Positions 20,787-28,671 of a stretch of DNA of 64,000 nucleotides are shown here, piece by piece. The DNA is taken from assembly GCA_963740315.1 (NCBI GenBank), contig CAVUDP010000002.1, positions 1,856,001 to 1,920,000 on the forward strand, in the 5' to 3' direction. Positions within the stretch are counted from its first letter, which is position 1. Each line of letters opens with the position of its first letter. The notes beneath the pieces were generated by a model that saw nothing but the letters and a program-made list of their open reading frames with translations, was not told the DNA's origin and ran no database searches. The translations under genes were made by a program, and so were the position numbers. This DNA comes from an uncultured cyanobacterium (GTDB taxonomy: Bacteria > Cyanobacteriota > Cyanobacteriia > Cyanobacteriales > Nostocaceae).

Positions 20787-20894
20787 ATTTTTTTGAAAGC
20801 ATCATTACTCGCTTCTCAGTAATTTTTCGTAATCGTAAGTAATGTTACTGAATCATTATGCTAGTAACTTAGCTATTTCTGCTTATATCTAACT

Positions 20895-23800
20895 ATGAAC
20901 GAACAGCGCCGAGATGCTTACCTCAATTTGATTCAGCAATTGCACAATTGTGTTAGTGGAAAAGAAAGGGAAATATTAGCAGCGAATCGAGATTTAATTG
21001 ATGCTGAGTTTTTACTGGTGATGGAAGTTGTAGCAAAGATGATGTCGGAGAAAGGTAATCAAAATACTGCGAATTGGTTGAGGAATTTGGGAAATCAATT
21101 AGCTGAGTATTTGAATCAATCTTCTTCACCAGCGCAGTTAGAAAATTTAAGTAAGCAAGAGTTTCAAGCTTATTTCCAATTTTTAATGTTAGTACTGCAA
21201 ACAATATGGAAAAGTGGTGCAGATACTAAGATTGTTTACCCTTTACTTGCTGCCAATACAGATAAGCTCGATGGTATTTTTGCTGAAATGTTACGACTTT
21301 GGGCAATAAATACTTTTGAGAAAGCAGAAGCGGATGCAACTAAATCTATTGCAGCAAATATTATTAATTTTAGTAATATTTATTTTGCTATTTTTAATTT
21401 TGGTGCTTTGATTCAGGAGTTTCCTTTGGGTGATAAATCTATTAATATGGAAATTGCTATTGCTAGTTGTGAAACCGCCCTGAAAGTATTGACCCAAAAA
21501 GTTTTACCAGGAATTTGGGCTACGACTCAATATAATTTAGGCTTAGCTTACAGTAACAGAATTAAAGGTGATAAAGCAAAAAATATTGAGCTAGCCATTC
21601 AATCCTACAAACAAGCTTTGCAAGTTGGAACCCAAGAAGCTTTTCCCCAAGATTGGGCGAAGACCCAACACAATTTAGCCATAGCTTACATTGACAGAAT
21701 CAAAGGCGATAAAGCCGAAAACATTGAACTAGCTATTCAATCCTGCAAACAAGCTTTGCAAGTTAGAACCCAGGAAGCTTTCTCCCAAAAATGGGCACAG
21801 ACCCAACACAATTTAGCCACAACTTGCATTGACAGAATCAAAGGTGATAAAGCAGAAAATATTGAACTAGCAATTCAATCCTACAAACAAGTTTTGCAGA
21901 TAATAACTCAGGAAGCTTTCCCCCAAAAATGGGCACAGACACAAAACAATTTAGCCAATGCTTACGGTAACAGAATCAAAGGTGATAAAGCAGAAAATAT
22001 TGAACTAGCCATTCAATCCTGCAAACAAGCTTTGCAAGTTGGAACCCAAGAAGCTTTCCCCCAAGATTGGGCAACGACGCAAATTAATTTAGGCTTAGCT
22101 TACAGTGAGAGAATCAAAGGTGATAAAGCCGAAAATATTGAACTAGCTATTTCTTTCTACAATGCTGCTTTGCAAGTCTACACCCAGGAAGCTTTCCCTC
22201 AAAAATGGGCACTGACGCAAAATAATTTAGCCGTAACTTACAGGAGCAGAATCAAAGGTGATAAAGCCGAAAATATTGAACTAGCTATTCAATCCTACAA
22301 ACAAGCTTTGCAAGTCTACACCCAGGAAGCTTTCCCCCAAAAATGGGCACTGACGCAAAATAATTTAGCCAATGCTTACGGTGACAGAATCAAAGGTGAT
22401 AAAGCCGAAAATATTGAACTAGCTATTCAATCCTACGAAGTTGCTCTGCAAGTTAGAACTCAGCAAGCTTTACCACAAGAGTGGGCACAGACGCAAAATA
22501 ATTTAGCCGTAACTTACAGGAGCAGAATCAAAGGTGATAAAGCCGAAAACATTGAAAAAACAATTCAATTCTCCCAAGCTGCTTTGTTAGTTCTAACCCA
22601 GGAAGCTTTCCCCAAAGAAAATGCACAAACATTATTAAACTTAGGGATGTCTTATCAAGATGAAGGTCAATTTGATCTTGCTTACAATACCTATGAATCG
22701 GCTATTACAACAGTAGAGTTATTGCGCGGTGAAATTATATCCGGTGAGGAAAGCAAGCGCAAGCAAGCGGAGGAATGGAATCGACTTTATGGCAATATGG
22801 CAGAAGTTTGTTTGCAGTTACAAGAAGAAACTCTAGCAATAGAATATGCCGAGCGCAGCAAAACCCGTAACTTAGTTGAACTTATCCTCGATCGCGATCG
22901 CAAAACTATCTTCCCCCCAAATGTAGTTACTCAACTTGAACAACTCCGAGATGAAATAGCAAAGGGACAGTATCAAATCCAAAACAGCAAAGCCGAAAAT
23001 CCCAAAGCTTTAGCTCAACATCTTCAGGAATTACGACAACAGAAAAAGAGTATAGAAGATAAATATTTACCTGTTGCCTCTGGTTTCAACTTTGAGATAT
23101 TCCAAGCAACTTTAGACAAAAATACAGCAGTTATTGAATGGTACATTACCAATACAAGCTTAGAAACTTTTATTATTACCTCTGATAATCTTCAAAGATT
23201 GAACTCATCTACATCCACCGATCGTTTAGAAGCTTTAGAAAATTGGAATTTCAATTATTTGAATGCATATTACAGGGAAAAAACCCAGTGGATAAATAAT
23301 CTCGCTGATTATCTAACTCAACTTGCAGAAATCTTAAATATAGAAGAAATACTCAAACTAATACCACAAAATTGTTCTCATCTAATTCTTATTCCCCATC
23401 GCTACCTACACTTATTCCCACTTCACGCACTACCTTTAACTGATGCTGGTTTCCTGTACGATAAATTCTCAGATGGTGTAAGTTATGCTCCCAGTTGTCA
23501 ATTACTACAACAAATAAATTTACGAAAAAGAGTTGATTTCAAATCACTATTCGCTATTCAAAACCCTACAGAAAATTTAGATTACACCGATTTAGAAGTA
23601 GAAACTATTTCATCGCTATTTACTGACAAAAAAGTATTATCTAAAAAACAAGCTACTCAAACAGCTTTATCTCAAGCTTCATTCCAAATTCAACAGACGA
23701 ATTATCTTCACTTTTCCTGTCATGGTACATTTAACTTAATTTCCCCTCAAAATTCTTGTTTACTCTTAGCTGGTGCAGTTGAAAACGATAAATTACATTT

Positions 23801-24254
23801 AAGTAAATGCCTAACTTTAGGTAACTTATTTGAACGGGATTTCAACCTTAATCAATGTCGTCTTGTCGTCCTTTCAGCTTGCGAAACTGGCTTGATTGAC
23901 TTCCAAAATACCAGTGACGAATATATTGGTTTACCTAGCGGTTTCTTATATGCTGGTAGTTCTAGCGTAGTCAGTAGTTTATGGAGGGTAAACGATTTAT
24001 CAACCTCATTTTTAATGATAAAATTCATTCAAAATCTAAAGGATATAGAAGATATTTCTGTACCAGTTGCTTTAAATCAAGCCCAAATTTGGCTGAGAAA
24101 TGCCACGAAGGAAGATTTACAGGAATGGGCTAATAATTTACCTTTAGACAGTACAAAGAAAGGAAAAATACGTCGTCAGCTTAGAAATACAACTGTAGAA
24201 AAACCATTTAACTCGCCTTTTCATTGGGCTGCATTTACTGCTGTAGGAAAATAG
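20895..24254 (+). CDS. TPR-repeat CHAT (caspase-like) protease
   Basis: Eight 46-aa TPR-like repeats (21489-22592); CHAT catalytic motifs HFSCHG and VLSACETG, plus SLWRV and HWAAF. Confidence 0.95.
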   Translation: MNEQRRDAYLNLIQQLHNCVSGKEREILAANRDLIDAEFLLVMEVVAKMMSEKGNQNTANWLRNLGNQLAEYLNQSSSPAQLENLSKQEFQAYFQFLMLVLQTIWKSGADTKIVYPLLAANTDKLDGIFAEMLRLWAINTFEKAEADATKSIAANIINFSNIYFAIFNFGALIQEFPLGDKSINMEIAIASCETALKVLTQKVLPGIWATTQYNLGLAYSNRIKGDKAKNIELAIQSYKQALQVGTQEAFPQDWAKTQHNLAIAYIDRIKGDKAENIELAIQSCKQALQVRTQEAFSQKWAQTQHNLATTCIDRIKGDKAENIELAIQSYKQVLQIITQEAFPQKWAQTQNNLANAYGNRIKGDKAENIELAIQSCKQALQVGTQEAFPQDWATTQINLGLAYSERIKGDKAENIELAISFYNAALQVYTQEAFPQKWALTQNNLAVTYRSRIKGDKAENIELAIQSYKQALQVYTQEAFPQKWALTQNNLANAYGDRIKGDKAENIELAIQSYEVALQVRTQQALPQEWAQTQNNLAVTYRSRIKGDKAENIEKTIQFSQAALLVLTQEAFPKENAQTLLNLGMSYQDEGQFDLAYNTYESAITTVELLRGEIISGEESKRKQAEEWNRLYGNMAEVCLQLQEETLAIEYAERSKTRNLVELILDRDRKTIFPPNVVTQLEQLRDEIAKGQYQIQNSKAENPKALAQHLQELRQQKKSIEDKYLPVASGFNFEIFQATLDKNTAVIEWYITNTSLETFIITSDNLQRLNSSTSTDRLEALENWNFNYLNAYYREKTQWINNLADYLTQLAEILNIEEILKLIPQNCSHLILIPHRYLHLFPLHALPLTDAGFLYDKFSDGVSYAPSCQLLQQINLRKRVDFKSLFAIQNPTENLDYTDLEVETISSLFTDKKVLSKKQATQTALSQASFQIQQTNYLHFSCHGTFNLISPQNSCLLLAGAVENDKLHLSKCLTLGNLFERDFNLNQCRLVVLSACETGLIDFQNTSDEYIGLPSGFLYAGSSSVVSSLWRVNDLSTSFLMIKFIQNLKDIEDISVPVALNQAQIWLRNATKEDLQEWANNLPLDSTKKGKIRRQLRNTTVEKPFNSPFHWAAFTAVGK

Positions 24255-24267
24255 GAGGATAATTAAT

Positions 24268-24612
24268 ATGATGTCTGATTATGAAGTCACGGTGAACAAT
24301 TTTATCCATTTGCTTAAAACTCAGCCTAACTTGTTCTCAAAAGAAGAAAATACTAAATTAATTCAATTGCTTAATTCTCAATCTGATGATATTCAATCTC
24401 TCTCGAATACAATTTCAGATTGGTGTGAGAAACATCCGCAAGTAGATGATGCTTTAGCTGAGCTTGAAGGTAATGTCACAGAAAGAGCGCCTGGAAGCAC
24501 TAAAGCTAATTCTAATATTCCTAAATATGAACAGGATCAAAGAACTTTAATTAATGCTATTCAACAAAGTTCAGTTACTGAATCGGATGATAAGAAGAAC
24601 GACAAAAGTTGA
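24268..24612 (+). CDS. Small helical protein in the CHAT operon (CATASP-like candidate substrate/partner)
   Basis: AGGAGG RBS overlaps the CHAT stop codon; paralog at 26477..26818. Confidence 0.75.
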   Translation: MMSDYEVTVNNFIHLLKTQPNLFSKEENTKLIQLLNSQSDDIQSLSNTISDWCEKHPQVDDALAELEGNVTERAPGSTKANSNIPKYEQDQRTLINAIQQSSVTESDDKKNDKS

Positions 24613-24658
24613 TTTGTAAGCCCGTTAATCCACCTACGGTTGCAAACCGCAGGCTAAT

Positions 24659-24858
24659 AGCAAAAGTCTTATAAATAAGACTGAAAAAATATTAGTCCAT
24701 TTTAATGGACTTCTGCTATTAGACTTGGAATTGCATTCCAAGGCGGTTTAGGATGATAATAAAATAACAGCAAAAGTCTTATAAATAAGACTGAAAAATT
24801 ATTAGTCCATTTCAATGGACTTCTGCTATTAGACTTGGAATTGCATTCCAAGGCGGTT
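24659..24858. repeat. Two ~90-bp direct copies of a multi-hairpin cyanobacterial repeat
   Basis: 24659-24748 and 24769-24858 are nearly identical (AGCAAAAGTC...CTTGGAATTGCATTCCAAGGCGGTT); a related element lies inside 26884-27064. Confidence 0.85.
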
Positions 24859-24883
24859 ATGATTAATAATAAATCATTCTACA

Positions 24884-26263
24884 ATGGATTATTCAACAGC
24901 AAAGGTAGCTAATCCCAAACTTACGCTCTACGCTTTTCATCTATACAAAAATCTAGCTAACGATTCCAAACCAGTCAATAATTCAAACCATTTATGGCAC
25001 AAATGTCAGGAAATTGGTAAAAAATTAGGTATTCCTAAACTAGAAAATTTATCAATACCTAAAGATAAACAAATATTAGATCAAAATAATCTAGACTTTA
25101 CAGCTATTAAGCATAAAAATAATCTCCATTTAAGCGGAGAAATTAAGCGTTTACAAATTCACGATACTTTTGCTCTCGATCTAACTTTTCGTTATCCACA
25201 TCCAAAAGTACAACTTACCGATCTAAAAGGATTAAATCAAGACAATTGCTTACTTCCAAGTAATATCAATGCTTCTCTAGGACAAATTTTAGTGTTCTTT
25301 GCTCAACCTGTAGGAACAATTAAGGATGAGGAAGCTTTTGCCGAACATTGTGTAAAAGCTTTAATCTCTGAAGCCGAATTCAATAAATTAAAGATTTCAT
25401 TTCAGAGCAAAGGCAAATTATTAAATAGTCCAATATTTGAATATAATAATGATGCTGTTTCTCCTAAAAATCAGTGTCATATTTTAATTTGGTTGAACTC
25501 AAATGGAGAAACTACCAATTTAGAAAATACTGGAGAATATTATCGTCCTTTAATTGATCTTTTAAACTGTCGGAGTAAAATTATTTACGCTCGTTCTGAA
25601 TCTCGTTGGTGTTATCAGCAAGCTAGGAAAGAATACAGCCTTTTAGAAGATAAAGTAATTCAATTCAATCAAGTCAAAAATAAATCTGTTGATGACAAGC
25701 TGAAAGAATTTAATCAATGGCTAAATGAAATACCCGAAATTTCGTTTAATTATGCTAGCCATTTGAGAGATTTAGAATTACAGAGAAATACTATTAAAGC
25801 TAATACAATAAATTATCAATTACATCTTGACAAAATAAAAGCAATTTGTATACAAGATGACTTAGAATTTTTATCAAGTTTCCTAGAATTAGCTAAAGAT
25901 ACCTTTATCGAACAAATCAATACAGATTTAGCTTATCTTACACCCGCTCAAAGCCTATTCGAGCAACTAATCGAGTCAATTCGCGGTATCGTCGAAATTG
26001 AACAAACAAAACGCGAGCAGCGCAGCCTTGAGGCTGAACGCAATCTCAATAATACGGTACAAATACTCGGCATTGGGCTTGGTGGTGGTGCGATCGTTTC
26101 AGGAGTAGTTACGCAACATATTGATAAAATTAACAAACCTTTAGCAGCTATATCTCCAAATAATCCACCACATCCGTTTTACGCTTCTTTATTTATCAGC
26201 ATTGCAGCAACCTTATTTTTTACTGGTGTAGGTTGGCTGATAGCTAATACTCGAAAATCCTGA
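24884..26263 (+). CDS. CATRA-like protein: soluble N-terminal domain, long coiled coil, two C-terminal hydrophobic helices
   Basis: TM-like VQILGIGLGGGAIVSGVV and FYASLFISIAATLFFTGVGWLI; motifs R..IHD..L.L, LL...K..Y, L..Q.NTI..N..N and Q...D..YL; third gene of the CHAT operon. Confidence 0.65.
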   Translation: MDYSTAKVANPKLTLYAFHLYKNLANDSKPVNNSNHLWHKCQEIGKKLGIPKLENLSIPKDKQILDQNNLDFTAIKHKNNLHLSGEIKRLQIHDTFALDLTFRYPHPKVQLTDLKGLNQDNCLLPSNINASLGQILVFFAQPVGTIKDEEAFAEHCVKALISEAEFNKLKISFQSKGKLLNSPIFEYNNDAVSPKNQCHILIWLNSNGETTNLENTGEYYRPLIDLLNCRSKIIYARSESRWCYQQARKEYSLLEDKVIQFNQVKNKSVDDKLKEFNQWLNEIPEISFNYASHLRDLELQRNTIKANTINYQLHLDKIKAICIQDDLEFLSSFLELAKDTFIEQINTDLAYLTPAQSLFEQLIESIRGIVEIEQTKREQRSLEAERNLNNTVQILGIGLGGGAIVSGVVTQHIDKINKPLAAISPNNPPHPFYASLFISIAATLFFTGVGWLIANTRKS

Positions 26264-26282
26264 TTCAAAATTCTTCTTCCGC

Positions 26283-26875
26283 TTCTTTTTAAATCACTAC
26301 TTTAAGAAGTAAAGCCCAAACTTGGCTGAGAGATGCCACAAAGGAAGATTTACAGGAATGGGCTAATAATTTACAATTAATGGTATTTTTCAAACAGATA
26401 GACGCAAACAGTAAACCTTTTCAATCGCCTTTCTATTGGGCTGAATTTATTGCTGCTGGTAATTAGGAGTTATATTATGAAATTTGCAGAACAAAATTTA
26501 GATGCTTTTATGGATTTGCTAAAAACTCAACCTGCTTTATTTTCTCAACAAAATATTGTCAATTTAGAGAGGTTAATTAGCAATACACCTGATGATGTTG
26601 AAAAACTATCAACTACTGTTGCTAATTGGTATCAGAATTATCCTAAAATTCTTGACAGTCAATTAGCGCTTTTGAATCATTCTTTAACTGTAAGGGGATC
26701 TGGTAGCGCTAATCCTAATATTCCGGAATATCAGCTTGATAAAAAGACTCTGCTAAATGCTATTCAACAAAGTTTAGCTAAAGCTAAGAATAAGAATAAA
26801 AATAATCGCCCAAGTTAGGAAAGTAAATGGATTATTCAACAGCCTGCGTTTCTTTTTAAATCCTTACTTTAAGAA
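26283..26875 (+). other. Orphan cassette: alternative CHAT 3' end + small gene + 17-nt start of the membrane gene, between 26-bp direct repeats
   Basis: 26314-26374 matches 24081-24141 at 58/61 nt; 26827-26843 equals 24884-24900; repeats at 26283-26308 and 26850-26875 match at 24/26. Confidence 0.85.
26477..26818 (+). CDS. Second small CHAT-partner protein, paralog of 24268..24612
   Basis: Shares F..LLKTQP.LFS, DD...LS.T...W...P, R..GS...N.NIP.Y..D..TL.NAIQQS; AGGAG RBS then ATG 26477. Confidence 0.8.
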   Translation: MKFAEQNLDAFMDLLKTQPALFSQQNIVNLERLISNTPDDVEKLSTTVANWYQNYPKILDSQLALLNHSLTVRGSGSANPNIPEYQLDKKTLLNAIQQSLAKAKNKNKNNRPS

Positions 26876-26883
26876 TGATTTAT

Positions 26884-27064
26884 CTGACTTGTTGCACCAT
26901 TTTCATTAAGCCTTAAAACCCGCCTTAAAATCAATTTAAAGGAACCAATAACAAAGTACGTTGAAAACGCACTAAAAGCTTTGCCCAGTCTACTTAAGTA
27001 GACTTTGTTTTTGAGCCTGGGAATTTATTCCAAGGCGCTTATCGCAATTGGTGCAAGATGTAAG
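26884..27064. mobile_element. MITE with a 6-bp target duplication and nested hairpin repeat
   Basis: CTGACTTGTTGCACCA ... TGGTGCAAGATGTAAG inverted ends; ATTTAT on both sides. Confidence 0.6.
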
Positions 27065-27122
27065 ATTTATCAAACTTTTGCTTAAAATTAATTCCTTCTT
27101 AAGTTTGATTACAAAAAAAGTC

Positions 27123-27365
27123 TTACTTACCTCTTTCTATGAACAAAAGCTGCAACTGTTCAACTGATAACCCAGTGACTTTCGATATATCTTCTAAAGC
27201 CATACCAGTGCTAAGTAGATCGATCGCGATTTCTTGTAAAACTTCTGCTCTACCTTCTGCTCTACCTTCGGCTCTACCTTCGGCTCTACCTTCGGCTCTA
27301 CCTTCGGCTCTACCTTTTTCTATTCCTTCTTGCAAAATTTCTTGATAAATTGGCGATTCGCGCAT
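27123..27365 (-). CDS. Stand-alone copy of the Rpn C-terminal module (RpnS-like) with a (GRAE)6 expansion
   Basis: MRESPIYQEILQEG...AIDLLST.MALEDIS.VTGLSVEQL is near-identical to the tail of 27482..28279. Confidence 0.75.
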   Translation of the reverse strand: MRESPIYQEILQEGIEKGRAEGRAEGRAEGRAEGRAEGRAEVLQEIAIDLLSTGMALEDISKVTGLSVEQLQLLFIERGK

Positions 27366-27481
27366 AATATCTGACTTGAAAATTCTTTTGATCGAGTCTT
27401 TATTACTAAGTTATTTAAAATCGCCGTGGATGCGGCGATCTTAATTTGAATCCGGGTTTCTAGAATCTCATTTATTAACAG

Positions 27482-28279
27482 TTACCGATCGCTTTGTTCG
27501 CTTTGCAAAACCCGCAACTGTTCCACTGATAACCCAGTTACTCTGGATATATCTTCTAAAGCCATATTAGTGCTAAGTAGATCGATCGCGACTTGTTGTA
27601 AAGTTTCGGCTTTACCTTCTGCTTTACCTTCGGCTCTACCTTTTTCTTCTCCTTCTTGCAAGATTTCTTGATAAATGGGTGATTCGCGCATAATATCTGA
27701 CCTCAAAACTCTTTTAATTAAGTCCTGATTCAATACTAAACCAGCTAAAATTGCTGCGGATGCGGCGACGTTGCTTTGAGTGCGGTTGTCTGATATCTGG
27801 TTTATTTCCCTAGCAACCTGGTTTAATACGTTTTCGGGGTTTGGGCTATTGCTCAATACGGCGAATGGTAGTAACCCAGGATTTTGCAGAAAAACTTCGG
27901 GAGGTTGTTCCCACAGTCGAATAATTTCAAATTCATGACGGGTACGAGTCAGCGTAAATATGTTTTGATAAACCAATTCGGAATTTGTGCGATTGAGGTA
28001 AATCACAACTTGATGCATTTCCTTTTGGGGAAAGCGGCGATAACCCCGGATACGGTAATCTATCGTTCGGAAGGGAATTTCGGGATCTGGTTGGGTTTGG
28101 AACTCTATATGCAAAATTTTCTCATCAGACTGTAGCAGTATTAAAGCATCGGCTCGAATCGGTTCGAGTGAAAGTTCTTTTGGACTAAGTTCGGTTAAGG
28201 TGATGGGTTCTCCCAACAGCCAATTAGCAAAGTCCCTGGAAAAGTTCTCGGCTAAAAACTTACAGATATTGTCAAACAT
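27482..28279 (-). CDS. Rpn-family PD-(D/E)XK nuclease-like protein
   Basis: MFDNICKFLAE, EPIRAD, ILHIEFQT and MRESPIYQEI motifs. Confidence 0.88.
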   Translation of the reverse strand: MFDNICKFLAENFSRDFANWLLGEPITLTELSPKELSLEPIRADALILLQSDEKILHIEFQTQPDPEIPFRTIDYRIRGYRRFPQKEMHQVVIYLNRTNSELVYQNIFTLTRTRHEFEIIRLWEQPPEVFLQNPGLLPFAVLSNSPNPENVLNQVAREINQISDNRTQSNVAASAAILAGLVLNQDLIKRVLRSDIMRESPIYQEILQEGEEKGRAEGKAEGKAETLQQVAIDLLSTNMALEDISRVTGLSVEQLRVLQSEQSDR

Positions 28280-28671
28280 TCCCCGATTTTACCAGGCAAG
28301 GTTTACTTGTTTGTTTAAAGAATTTTGACTAAAAAAGCTACAAATACTTTTTTACTTTTGCTTAATTCAAGAAGTATTTATAAATACTTTAAGTAGGTAA
28401 GCTCTTGTAAAATTATGCTGCTGAAATTAAGCTAAAATTTAATCTATACAAAATATGATTCATTGCGATCGCGCTTTTTATTCACCAGAACAAGTCTATT
28501 TAGCTAGGTATTTTGGCAGTAACAAGTCAGAACAAAGTGACTTAAATAACTCTTGTTTATTAATTATCAAAGTAATTTAGTACTAACGGCAAAAATGTAG
28601 CTTTTTTACTAGAAATCACTATAGATAGCAGAATAAAATAATACATCTACGCATGAGGTAGGTTAGCGTTA

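Noticed and set aside
20835..20848. GTA-N8-TAC (NtcA-like) site upstream of the CHAT gene
   Set aside because: No -10 box at the canonical spacing, and a 6-base match is expected by chance in AT-rich DNA.
24659..24858. Possible CRISPR array
   Set aside because: Only two 90-bp units with a 20-bp gap, no unique-spacer series and no cas genes; it matches a dispersed hairpin repeat.
26311..26466. Copy of the CHAT 3' end as a diversity-generating retroelement template repeat
   Set aside because: Differences are not confined to adenines, include a length change, and no reverse transcriptase is in the window.
27096..27453. AATC-Nx-TTAAGA similarity between the Rpn-copy flanks and the CHAT-cassette repeats as a common recombinase site
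   Set aside because: Too short and AT-rich, and explainable as duplicated downstream sequence; no recombinase in the window.
19831..28279. Rpn genes as active transposons
   Set aside because: No terminal inverted repeats or target duplications around them; the putative-transposase label for this family is not supported by anything visible here.
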